NCBI GenBank assembly: GCA_037447605.1
Contig: CM074811.1
Span: forward strand, 2,356,001-2,420,000
Origin: Zygnema circumcarinatum SAG 698-1b
Taxonomy: Eukaryota > Plantae > Zygnematophyceae
Length of the DNA: 64,000 bases
Direction of reading: 5' to 3'
The notes beneath the pieces are model-generated. The model was not told where the DNA came from. It was given only the letters and a program-made list of their open reading frames with translations, and did no database searches. Each line of letters starts with the position of its first letter. Within the stretch, counting starts at the first letter, position 1. The translations under genes were made by a program, and so were the position numbers. This document shows, piece after piece, positions 46,451-58,600 of this stretch.

Positions 46451-49400
46451 TCATTGCAGTTCGCCAAGCACCTCATCGATCAGCACAGGGCGCCCCTCTT
46501 CAATGGACTTGTGCCCTGCCACTCCCACCGCCACGGAGAGCAGTCCTTCCAATAATCCAACAGCAGGAGGCAGCTCTCCGTGAGATCTGACGGCCTTCAA
46601 GAAGCCGAGATGCTCAAGGTAGCTGGACCCGTGGTGCAGTCCCTCATATCTGTCATCACCATGAAGCGTTGCACATGTTCACATGAAGGGCTATGCCATT
46701 CGATAACTGACGTGTGCAACAGAACAGGGGCCCCTACACGGCCTATTGTCTAAAAAGACCCACCGTACACTACTAGAAGGGTTCGTACAAAGGGTCAAGA
46801 GGAAGAACGCTTTCAACGAGACTGAAGCTAGAAGGTAGCTGGCAGCGTTAATCCAAAGAATTTAGGGGCGAAGCATGCACATCATAGATAAAACGTTCAC
46901 TTACTTGATCCTATCATCGTGGACCTCAATTGTCCGCACGCCCTCCCGCCCGTTTTCCCGCCTTCCGATACGCACAATATTTTCAGGAACAAAGGCCTCA
47001 ATCTGCAGCCATGCCACCCCAAATTGTGTTTCTACATCTTGAGATTTACTTAATGCCTCTTTCTTGGAGGTTCTAATTTCTTATTGAATAGGCTTTCTCT
47101 ATCTACGTTCAACAAGTCATGACTGCGCTCTGAATGAATCAGGTTTCAAAAGGACACTACCCTGCCTAAAACTCCCACATCTTCAACAGCCCAGATTCTG
47201 TTGTTCTGCACTCGCACCGGTGACAAGAAATTAGTTTCAATACCTAGAAGGCGTTTCTTCGATCCATAGCAAGTCACCAATCATCCTTAAGTCACAGTAC
47301 AGCTTCTTACCTTTCCTCTGTCCCCACCAACCGAGATTTCCTGCTCATTTCGGCTGCCCTCTGCAAACATGCAGAGGTCCAACAGACCCCTTGCTCCGCC
47401 CTCATATTCTACAATCACATAAGCATTGTCGAGAATATCAGGCACCTGCATTCCAACACTTTCATTTGAAGTTAGTTCCCCGAGGAACAACAAATTCACC
47501 TTCCTAAGAGCAGACACTGATGATGCAGACCAAAACCTGGTTCTATGGGCATTTGATTGGACTGACAAGGGGACAACTGACATACTGATTAGTACTGTCG
47601 ATACGTCTGCAGGTACTTTTTTTTCTGGATGTTTCTGCTGTAGTTTACAGCTTTCTACCGCAGCGTTGGATCTCCTTAAGTGCACAAGTGTGTAGAATCT
47701 AAAAAGTAAGCGCTAATCCGGGGTGAACGTAGGGGAAAATGGGGGCCACCATATAAGGATAACTGTATCGTTTTGTAAACTACAGCATCGAGTCAATTGC
47801 TCAAGGATGTCTCCAAATCCAATATTCGAAGGACCCCAAATACGCCATCTAAACCGGGAGACCGGTGCATAGCGAGCTGCGCTCATCTTACCTGCCCCTC
47901 GTATTTCTCATCGAGGTGGTTAACAGCCTGCGAACCGGAGGCCATCACTCTGACGGGTCTTTGCCCGACAATGAGGTTCATGAGGTCAAAGAAATGGCAG
48001 CATTTCTCCACAAGGGTACCGCCTGTATTCCGGGAAAAGCGATTCCAGTTGTTTACCTGCAGATCCACCAAATGCACCTCATGAACACTGATCCACCCAA
48101 TTCAACATCAGCAATCTCAGATAAACATGCTGCATACAGGCAAGAGCTCTTTTTCTCAACTCCACCACCAACATGGACAATATATAGACAACATATGGAG
48201 CAAGCGGCAATGCTGATCGGTTGTCAAGGAAATGATGGAATTCCCCGCCAAATTCACCTTAACAAGAAAGGGATAGCGGTGCTCGCGAATGGCCACCATG
48301 CGGACTCGTCCGATTGCCCCACTGCGCACTTCCGCAATAAGGCGAGCGACCGGCGGCATGTAGCGGTATTCCAGGCCAACTTGGATGAGGAGGTCAGGGC
48401 GAGCCTCTGCTGCCGTCAGAACCTGCAACGCGGCACATATTCAGCAGTACAAAATCAGCTCCACATTCGTGATGCGTCTCGTAAAGTAGGCTACATTTCA
48501 AGTTCCATGAGGAGAAATATATCTACCATAACTTATAACATTGGGTGAGAATTCATGTTTGAGAGAGTGAAGCATGCATTGCCAGTACACATTGACATGT
48601 ACGTTGGACGTACATTGTCAATGTGTGCTTGCTTGATGCTTCCCGCCAAGGGTATGGTGCAGGCGAAAAGATGGAAGGGAGGGGTTCTTCATCGTAGATG
48701 GCCTACGTGGTTAATATATTTTTTGAAAACTTCCTGATGCTACTGAGCAGTGACCTCGGTATACGCCCATCCTTCATTGACATTTCCGTGTGGCACAGTT
48801 CATGGCATTAATCAAATTATTATTATATTTTTTCCTTTCTCTCTTCCACCTGCTCTTCCCCCTGCACTAAACCAAGCTTGATAAGTAGTAGACATCTGTT
48901 GGAACCGGCCTGACCTTCCATTGGCCGTCGATCGAATATGCACCAAACTTGACAGAGAACGTTGACCTCACAACCTCAGCTCAATCCGGTGACAGAAACC
49001 GTCGTCTGTTGAGCTACGAATTGATTCATAAATTCCCGCCGTCTAAGCGCACGCACGTTAGGTCCCATGTACAGCCCAAAATGTAGCACGGACGAAAACA
49101 CAAAGAACAAGCTATTCCATTGCTCGCTGTTCCATGCCGTAACAGGCTCACCACGTGTACGTTCGTCCATGGAACACGTGTGACGCGTACGGAATGAGAC
49201 GCTACAGTACTGTACTGTAGCGCGAACCAGCACCACCCTGAAGGTGTCACGTCACGCACGCGTACGAACTACGAACGGGTACGTCCCGTTCGCGCATCGA
49301 ACTTCCAGCGGGCCTTCGGGCACCGCATAAGGACGAGTTTTAGACTTGGGAGAGAGGAAGCACCGAGTGTGGCAAGGAAGGACGGGAGATGGAAGGGGGT

Positions 49401-50947
49401 GCCATGGGTGAAGGGCTTGAGAGCGGCATAGTGAAAGGAGGCGCAGAGGGCTTGGGGACAACTAGGGAAAGAATACCGGGAAGGAGAGGGTGGGGAGGTG
49501 GGATTGTACGACGAACCTCCTTGCAGTCTTCGACGGTGGTGCAGAGCGGCTTTTCCACCAGCACATGGTGGCGCCCTGCGTGCCGCAGCACGTCCAGCAG
49601 AATCTCCGCGTGGGTCATGTTGGGGGTGGCCACTACCACCACATCGCACAGACCGCTGTCCAGCAAGGACCGGTGCTCCGAGAATATCTGCGATAGCAGG
49701 AAGAGATGTTGGATGAAGGAGGATTAGAACACGCCTTTGGCAGTAGAAATTCCTAACTGCATCGCAACCCGGCGGAAAGACATGATGGGCGATTGTCTGA
49801 ACAGGCGCATGTCAATGGAGAAGTTTATAAGATCAGACGTTGAGGGCAAGGAGTTTCAGTTGGTTTGAATTCGACATAGTTACCAGTAAGAGTTTTCCTC
49901 TATTCTGGTTAACATTAAATTTCCCTGTAAAGTACGGAAAAAGGCAAGCTAAAATTGCCGGAGATAACAGTTGGATCCCATGGTCGCCGGCTTTAGCCGT
50001 GTACCGAAGCAATTCTGTTCATCTAATAACTCCTAGAATGAAAGTATCTACAAAGGTAGTCCTCTCTATTTATAAAAGCAGTCCTCTCAAAGACGGACAC
50101 GCAAAAGTTATTAATCTAGTCCACTTCATAGCAACTAATAGCCTTCAGGGTCCTGCTCACTTTCGAAAGTTATCTGGCATCCCACAGCCGCGGAACAATC
50201 TACTTTTGTTACTCCTGCCAACTAGTAATGGCAAAAGCATCTATTGAGAGTTTGTAGCTAATTTGAGCATGCAATGGATGGAGGCGTCTCCCTATGCTGA
50301 TCCAGTACATATCATCAACATTAAGCAAACTATTCCTGCGCAAGCCACTGCTGCAAAAATAAGGGATCGACGACGACACAAACATACATTACGCACCGAA
50401 TGCGAAAGAGGCAGATAGGAGCAGAACCTCGACCCAGCTATCTGCCAACGCTCAGCGCCGCCTCCAGCTACATTTAGCCAGAATGAAAGCAGAATCTCAC
50501 CTTTAAGTTACCGCCATTGAGTGCCTTCACAGCAGCCTGTCTGGACGGTCCGTGCGGGTCAGCTATCGCTGTAACCCTCGCTCCTTCAATGTTCGCTAAA
50601 TTCAAAACATGCTCGATCCCCATCATTCCAGTCCCAATGATGCCATACCGCATCTCCTTCTCCAGCACCTCCGCTTCAGCTGCATCTGAAGGTTTGCTTA
50701 ATTCAAACGACTTGCCTTCCGTAGAACCTAGGGTTTGGCTAAAAGTGCAGTTGTCTGACTCATGTCCTGCCGTAGAGGGAATGGAAGGGGGAAGGCTTGC
50801 TGCAGGCGGCTGCCGAATGCTGTTTGCAAGCGCTGCTGAGCCTGCAACGCTACAAAGAGCGTCTGAGAGGAGCTGGCAGGCCTGCCCCCTCACTGGCCGG
50901 CATGCAAGACTGTCTGCATCGACATTTGGAACTCTGACTGACGCCAT
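46451..50947 (-). CDS. Gfo/Idh/MocA family NAD(P)-dependent oxidoreductase (inositol 2-dehydrogenase-like, plant type), about 459 aa
   Basis: Exons 50947-50501, 49687-49517, 48422-48258, 48056-47892, 47445-47311, 47002-46905, 46649-46451. Total 1380 nt, all GT-AG. Motifs [47 protein letters not shown]. The start codon is the least certain part. Confidence 0.92.
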
Positions 50948-52299
50948 AATGCTGCCAGATAACTTGATAGGATTCCTGAAAGCACTTGACCCAAATTTAT
51001 ACAAGTTTTTGATGAACAATCGCACAACGACCGCGGGCTGATTTACAAACGAAGCCGAATTTCAATTGACTGAAATGCAAAATCCTTCAATGGAGACCCT
51101 TCAATGTTGCACTGATTGCAGTGTTCCCGGATTCTCCCAAACAGTCGAATTCAACCTCCAACATAACTTGCAGCCTTCCCCTTCCCTGCTATCTGGAATT
51201 CCTCCCCGCAATTCAAATCAAAACTCCAGTATCCTCCATTCCCGAAGCTGCAAAAAAGCAGAGATCAGTCGAGAGATCCGTCTCGGACATAGTCACCATC
51301 CAGCCCCGTCTAAGTCCCCATCCACCTCTGCCATAGCCAGCACCTCCTTTCTCCTCTCTCTCCCCTCTCTCTCCCTCTCCCTTCTCTCCCTCTGGCTGAG
51401 GAAGCCCCTCTTTGGAGTGGTTGCCCTTAACCGTCCTCCCCAGGGATGCCACTGGCAAAGCTCCAAACATTTTGCAAAACTGTACCTTCTAAAAAAATAG
51501 ATTCAGCGAATAATGTCGCTCCACCACACTTGCAAGATTCCATTCCTTACAACCCGGAAATCTCGGGCAGCATTTCGTTCGCTGCCCGCAGGCCCAAATC
51601 CAACAACCGCGTTCTTCCCCGAAAATGTGGTTTTCTGCCCGAACCCGCGGGCAGCGTCCCGCTCTGTACTTTCCGCCCACGCCTGCCAGAGAATCTTCCA
51701 CACCGACAGGTGAGCTGCTCGACGACAAAAAGACACTGACACGGATCAGGAGACCAGGTGCAACCCACTATTTTGTTCAATGAACCTGGACCAAAAGCGC
51801 TAGGTGCAGTCCTCCGGGGCGATGAGCGCGGTTATCCACAACGTCACAGCTCGAAACGCCACGTTGTCCCGGTCAGGCCTCCACGTCAGCAATACAAAGG
51901 CGTCTCCAGATCGCGCCACGTGGCCCTTGGCGCAAACAAGTGGAGTTCCATGACAGGCACAGTTTCAAAAATTATTTTTCCGACTGCTGGGAGCGTTTGG
52001 GTGCCACAAGGAGCGCCCTCCTCTGCCCTCTCCTTTCCGACGCGGAGCTCGCTTGGAAAAATTTCAAAAAGAGGGCGCGGTACGGTCACCATGTTGGGAT
52101 GGTACATGCATGGTAAGGGATGCATGGTGCGCCTAGGCGTAGTTTTTCCGCTCCTAGCTTTTTTCCTTTGTGGTTAGATCCTTTGCGCCTAGGTCCTTTG
52201 CGCCCAGTTCCTCGTGGTTCCCCATGCTGCTTTTGTCCATGTACATTTGATGGCCTCGCCATCGTGACTTCGTGAGTTCAATGCCATTTTCATCTCATT

Positions 52300-52512
52300 T
52301 GGTGGAGTCAGACATTGACCATGGCCAAATCAATTTCGTAAGCCTGTCGGGCGAATTAAGCATTGGCTAAGTAAGCATTTTTCGGTACGGCTGTGTGCGA
52401 CGGAGCCCCGGATCCCGATCCGGAATTCGTACAAGAAACTTTGACTTTTAGTACTGTACTGTACTAAAATTCGGGAATTTAGTACGGCCAAGGCCAATGT
52501 CTGACTCCCCCT
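52300..52512. mobile_element. MITE with AGGGGGAGTCAGAC-type TIRs and ATT target duplication
   Basis: ATT|TGGTGGAGTCAGACATTG ... CAATGTCTGACTCCCCCT|ATT. Confidence 0.7.
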
Positions 52513-52533
52513 ATTGGATGCATGGCGCATACA

Positions 52534-55005
52534 TGTTATCGGTAGATGCGGAGCCTCCAGACCTGCTAGAGGATGCCTCTGAGGAGGACATCTCTCTACG
52601 CCTAGGACTAGAAGACGCCACCTTCGCGGAAGCACAAGACTTCACTCACAAAGCATATCATAGCCCCCAGGTAAAGAATGAAAGACAAAACAGAAAGATA
52701 AGGAAGGTAAGAGCGAGCACCACGGCCTAAAACTCTTAACTTCCAAACTGAAGTACAAGCATGCAGCAAGAGCCACTCCCCTGCATCTCTACTCCGCTAC
52801 AAGACTACCCACCTTCATGCTGTGAAGGTCCACCACATTCCGGCAAGCTTCACCTACCGCTTCTCGCAGTCTACATCCAGGGTTAAATCTCAATGTTCTC
52901 CCTCCCAATTCATACATCGCCCATAGCAACAACCATGGGCGGCAACCAACCCCGTTAGCAAACACTAAGCGCTGGTCTCGCCACGCGTCTACGCCTGCGC
53001 GCCTGTCACGTCACGCGTTGTTGGCTGCGCGCCATTCCGAACTCCGTCTCCACACAGCCGGCGGCCGTTCAGAGCCGTTGCGGACCCTTGCTCCAACGGC
53101 CTCCCGTGACTCGCGCTCACGTGTCTCCCGCACACCTGTGGACTCCGGCCAGATCCTAGCTCGACCCTAGCTCTGCCGTCTAGCCCTCCTAGACTCCTAA
53201 ACAAACACATGCTCCCATAAAATATGTACCACTAACTAATATACACTAACATTCCCCTCTTGGTAAGTTCCTTTGAGGCCCCAATCCTAAGAGCAGGCTG
53301 TTTTTCCACAACGTCTCTCCATTGACCCCTTTAGTAAGCATGTCTGCTGCCTGGTCTTTTGTACTGTTGATGTATAGGTACATCAAGGTATTGGTACTTA
53401 GTTCCTAGCATGAATGTTGTCCAGGATGTCAAATGTATTGGTATAGGGACAATGTCCATGTAAGGATGGTCATGTTTGGGTGTAGGACCGAACATGAGCG
53501 GTGCCCGTATCGTTAGGGTACGGTACGGCAGTGGTCTACTGTAGGGTGTCAGGTTTGCGGCTTAGGCTTGGGCCGTACCAAAGGTGGTGCGCGGAATGCG
53601 CCTGGACGGATTGGAGCGCGGCCGTACGGACGGGGCGTGATTGTACGGACAACGCGGAAGTGTAGGGAGTCTAGGGACGCAGAGATTTGGGCGCGCGAAA
53701 GTCGGATTTGCGTGAAGCGACATGATTGGTCGCGACAAAGCGGAAATCGCGGCGCATCCGAACGTGACGTGACGCACGGTTCGGCAATATTGGTGAAGAA
53801 TGTGGGAGATGTTGGAGCGCGCTGATTGGTCGCGGCGGGAGCGTAGAGCGCGGGGCGCACGATACATGGCGCGATAGTAGGACTTCTGAGGCGGTGCGCT
53901 AAGCGGCGAAGGGAAGCGTCAGTGGAGCCCCTTCAAAATGTCGACAATGAATCAGGCCGCGCCACGTGGACGACTCGCGTAGTGGGTCGGCGAGTACGGC
54001 AGAAAGGTCGGCGGCCGGAAAAGTGTGAAGGGACCAAAAGTGGACCCGCCGCGCGGGATTCTGTACGGCTGGGCATAGCGTAGGTCGGTACCGCCGTAGG
54101 TTTACGGGACCACTATTGTAGGTCGCTACTTGGTCGCGCCGCCTTGCCGAATGCAAGAGCGGCCATGACGTGACAACTAGTGTCACGTCACATCACCATG
54201 TTTGTTTAATAGGGAGCAAGCTTGGCTCTCTTACTCACACTCTCTGAATTTTATGCTGCTCGACCTTTGTTTTTTAGGAAGAGTATGTGGAGGCTGAGGC
54301 CTAGAGGAGTCCGGCCTTGTGTATGAAGGTCGTGAAGGAACTAGCTCTCACCATGCTAAGCTTTAGTGAAGAAGTTAGGTGGTGTGTCCCTCAGGTGTTG
54401 AGGTAGAGGAGATCTCGGAGGCATGAAGTGCTTGGATATTGTAGTTGGAGTGTAAGATAATTATCAGAGGGTAGGATAGTGCCCATGTGAGGAGGAGAAT
54501 CTAGCATAAGGGATTTATGTAGATTTCTCAAGGAGCTTGTATTACACTAATGTAGTTTGAGTTTTAGGCCCGGGGTTTTCTCCTTATTATTGTGTCATTT
54601 GTCATGTGAGTCCTTTTGTTGGATTGGCGTGGTGAATGAGTGGAGGCAACCATTGTATGGGCGGTATGTCGCTCCACATGAGGAGACCGTTGGAGCAGCG
54701 TGGAGTGAAGGAGCCGAGACCATGGAAGAGATGAAGAAGTGTTCTTGTAGGTGGCGTATCCACTGCCCGCACCTAGCGAGGGGTGGATGAGAAGGCATAT
54801 CGTAGTGGAAGCGGTATGTGGCCCAAGTGAGTGGAGGAAAGTTATGAGTTTCATCCGGGCATGTGTTTATCATTCCTAGAGTCCCCTTTGCACCCACAAC
54901 ATGTAACAACAAAAGCTACGGCTATCCTTCAACCACAAGCTCATGGAAAAAATGATACTGAATCCTGATATGCTTAGACCTTTTTGTGAAAGACTGGATC
55001 AAAAT
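52534..55005 (-). mobile_element. Ty1/copia remnant (RNase H end, PPT, 3' LTR 53251-52534) interrupted by a solo LTR
   Basis: Minus strand encodes PVFH..SKHIRIQYH (about 54995-54950) and TKDQAADMLTKGVNGETL (53363-53310). Then PPT AAGAGGGGAA and an LTR TGTTAG...ATAACA, which starts like the LTR at 55651. Confidence 0.8.
53365..54901. mobile_element. Solo LTR, about 1.54 kb
   Basis: TGTTG...CAACA ends and 5-bp flanks TGTAC and TGTAA. Removing it rejoins the RNase H frame (FVGTKDQ) of the host element. Confidence 0.75.
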
Positions 55006-55134
55006 CAAAATCATCAAATCATCAAAATCAACATCATCAAAATCATTGACTGGTTAACTGTCAACAGCTGCAGATCTCGACCCAGAATTCGTACACAAAA
55101 CTTTGACTTTTAGTACAGTAAGACACTCTAATAT

Positions 55135-55499
55135 TTTTGCCATGGTTCCGACCAATATTGGACAAAAGTCTTGGAATCGGAAAGTAGAAGGAAGTCCGTG
55201 TTAACAATAGGCTGGCGGTCGTGGTCTATCGAGACCGGCCTGCGGCCGTACTGCCTCCCTCTGTACGGAGGCGCATGGCCGCCAGGCGGGCCCTGTCGCA
55301 AGCTCCTTCAGTACCCCCCCTAACATTTTCGCCATGGTTTTGGCAAATAATGGGCGAAAATCTTGGAATTTGCAAATATAAGGAAGTCCGTGTTAACAAT
55401 AGGTGGGCGGTATTATGTTATAGAGTCCGGCCTGCGGCCATACTGTTTCTCTCTGTACGGAGGCGCATGGCCGCCCGGCGGGCCCTCTTGAGAGCTCCT
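55135..55499 (+). repeat. Two diverged tandem copies of an approximately 190-bp unit
   Basis: AAGGAAGTCCGTGTTAACAATAGG and CTGTACGGAGGCGCATGGCCGCC each occur twice, about 191 bp apart. Confidence 0.8.
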
Positions 55500-55650
55500 A
55501 TTGGTGCCGTACATTTAACTACACGATCTCCTATTGGTGCCGTGCATATACTATACGGTTTAGAGATTTTGTTGATACTTATCGTACAGCGGAATAGCGT
55601 GACCCATGCTCAAAATCCGTTTCGATTAACAGATTTTGTATTGAAAATAG

Positions 55651-58600
55651 TGTTAGTGTACATAGTTAGTTCAGATTAGCATGTTTGTGTTGGCGCTTAG
55701 TTCCTAGGGGTGTGCTTCTAGGTGTGACATGTATGGGGACGGACTTACTTCAGCGTGCGCGCGGCGGCGAGACCGACCGCGCAACCGTACGGATAGTATG
55801 GACCGTACAGACCGTACGGTCGGTACGGACAGTACGGNNNNNNNNNNTTATTTAGGTTGTTTGAATAAGGTTGTTGCATGCATGGTCCCGGCGCGTGTGA
55901 CGTGACATGGTCACGTCACAGCCCCATACTATATAGTGAGAGTGGGTGTGTAAGTTAGCAACCTTCTTGATATGCATTGCAAGGCTATGGCAGTTTGAAG
56001 GCATGGCTTTGGCAACAGGAGGTGGACCTTTGTGAGGAGTCTCCGTGTGTGGAGAGCTGCCTCACGTGAAGGTGAAGTGATCATGTGGTGAAAGCTTGAC
56101 TAGGCTTATGGGGGCTTGAGTTGGAAAGCTTGTCATCATAAAGGAGTTTTAGGCTGGGAGCTTTCTCCTACGTTTTTCTATTCCGCCTCTTGTGTGTTGT
56201 GTATGGACGTGAGTGAAAAATGAGTGAGAGTGCTTCGGGCACCAGGAGGGAAGTTTCCATGGACAGTGAAGAGGGAGAAAGGGTGGAAGGTGAATTTGCT
56301 TCTCATCCCTCTGCCCCTCTCACAAGTGGTATCAGAGCTCATGGTGAAGAGGAAACCGGGGCTAGTGTGAAGTTTAATGTCCCTGCATTTGATGGGACAG
56401 ACTACAAGGGATGGAAGTGGCGGCTGACTCCCATACTTGAAGGGAAGGGACTTCTTGGTCATGTGACTGGGAAGGTGAAGGCGCCGCCGGCTACATCCGT
56501 GGAGGAGCTTGCAAAGTGGAAGGCCCGTGACAACAAGGCCATCACTCAGATTGCAATGAGTGTGAAGGGGACGCCTTCACACATGCTCTACGACCTCAGC
56601 ACGTCACACGAGATGTGGAAGTGTTTGGAGGACATGTACGATGCGAAGGACAGCGTCACAGTGGTGCACCTGTACACGGAGCTCGGGAAGATGAAGATGA
56701 GCTTGGATGAGAAGCTGACTGACTACATGGGGCGCTTTGACAGTCTCATGCAGCGCTTCGTGGTGATGGGCAAGGGTCTTGAGTCAGATCATAAGATCAG
56801 CCAGTTCTTGGTTGGTTTGCCCAGTCGCTTTGACGGCACATGCAGCGCCCTTCGAACAGTTCTTACCACTTCTTCTTTGACCTTTGAGCAGGTGAAGAAG
56901 CGGATTCGTGAAGAGGACGCTCTTCATGACGCATCCGATGCGAGTGAGAGCGTGTTGGCGATGAAGGGGAAGCCTTTTGGGAAAGGCAAGGCGAAAGGAG
57001 GAGGTGGCGGAGATCGTCCCAAGGGGACATGCGTCACTTGTGGGAAGCCAGGTCACTACTCCAACGAGTGCCGTTCCGGCAAGGCGGCCCAAGTGAAGGG
57101 AGGAGACGCCAAAACGAAGTCGAGCAAGAAGGAGTTCACAGGCGCTTGCTTCAAGTGCAAGAAGAAGGGTCACAAGAGCATTGATTGCAGAAGTGCTGCT
57201 ACTGATACAAACTTGATGTTTGCTGAGAAGGAGCATGTGGAGTTTGTGGGGAGAATGTGTGAAGGACCCGAGAAGCCATGGCTCATTGATTCAGGGGCGT
57301 CGACGCACATGTGTGCAGACTGGGGGTTGTTCTACGAGATGAGATTGCTCCAGGCCCCTTGTTCAGTTCAGTCAACGACTGGTGAGGAAGTGAAGGTGAC
57401 CAGCGGAGGCGACGTGAGGATCGTCTTAGGAGGAGAGAGTGAAGGGGCAGCTACCATGATTGGTAACGTGCTTTATACCCCTGGGTTGCAGCACAACTTT
57501 GTGTCTGTGGGACAAGTGTGCGACAGGGGTTACTCAGTCACCTTTGATAAGCAGAATTGCGTGGCTAGACATAAGAAAACTGGGAATGTCTTATTTCAGG
57601 GGCACCGGAGAGAGGGTCTGAACGTCTAACAGTGGAGTAAGCCGGAAGAAGAAGGGGGGTCGGTTTGGCTTATGACCCAAGATGAGGTGCGAAGTGGCAT
57701 AGGAGGCTTGGGCATGTGAGTTTTCGAGCCATGCGAGAGTTAGCTCAGAAGGGGTTGGTCCGAGGCTTGGACTTGGAGGGTGCGGTTGATCCACAGAGGA
57801 TTTGCGAAGACTGCATTAAAGGGAAGATCCATCGTGGGCCATTCGTGCGAAGAGGAGATGGAGAGGGGCGCGCCAAGGAGCCGTTGGCGCTTGTGCACAC
57901 AGACTTGTGTGGCCCCATCACCCCAGCGAGCTTGGGAGGAAGTCGATATTTCATCACTTTCCTTGATGACTACTCACGAAAGATTTGGGTGGTGCTCTTG
58001 ACACAGAAGTCTGACGCTTATCCAGCCTTCAGAGCTTGGAAGATGCGTGCAGAGCGGGAGAGCGGCCATCTACTCAAGAACCTCCGTTCAGACAATGGAG
58101 GAGAATTCAAGAACAAGGTGTTCAGTGAGTATTTGAGAGGCTTGGGAATCAAGCAGGAGTTGTCTGCTCCATACTCACCGCAGAGTAATGGAGCTGCAAA
58201 GAGAGTGAACAGGACTCTTGGAGACATGGCAAGGACGATGTTGCATGACTCACCATTTCTGTATTTTAGAAGGAAGCATTGATATTTGCCGCTTATGTGA
58301 GGAGCGGTGTAAGTCGCCGGTCTTGGAGGATCGAGTGCACGATGAGGTGTGGAGTGGGGCCGAAGCCCAGCAGTAGGACACTTGAAGCATTTGGATCAAA
58401 GTGTTGGTATGCGATACCGAAGGTCGCGCGTGGAGGGAAGTTTTTCCCAAGGGGCAAGGAGGGCTTCTTTCTTGGATACGCCAGTGATTGCAGGGCTTAC
58501 AGGGTGTATAGCCTTGAGACCAAGAAGGTGGAGATCAGCAGGGACGTGAGGGTGGATGAGGATGCTGCACACGTCCCCTTTACCCACTCATGGAGGCGTG

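Noticed and set aside
46451-50947. Functional link between the inositol dehydrogenase-like gene and the nucleotidases (phytate use)
   Set aside because: It looks like a conserved housekeeping gene, and proximity is the only evidence.
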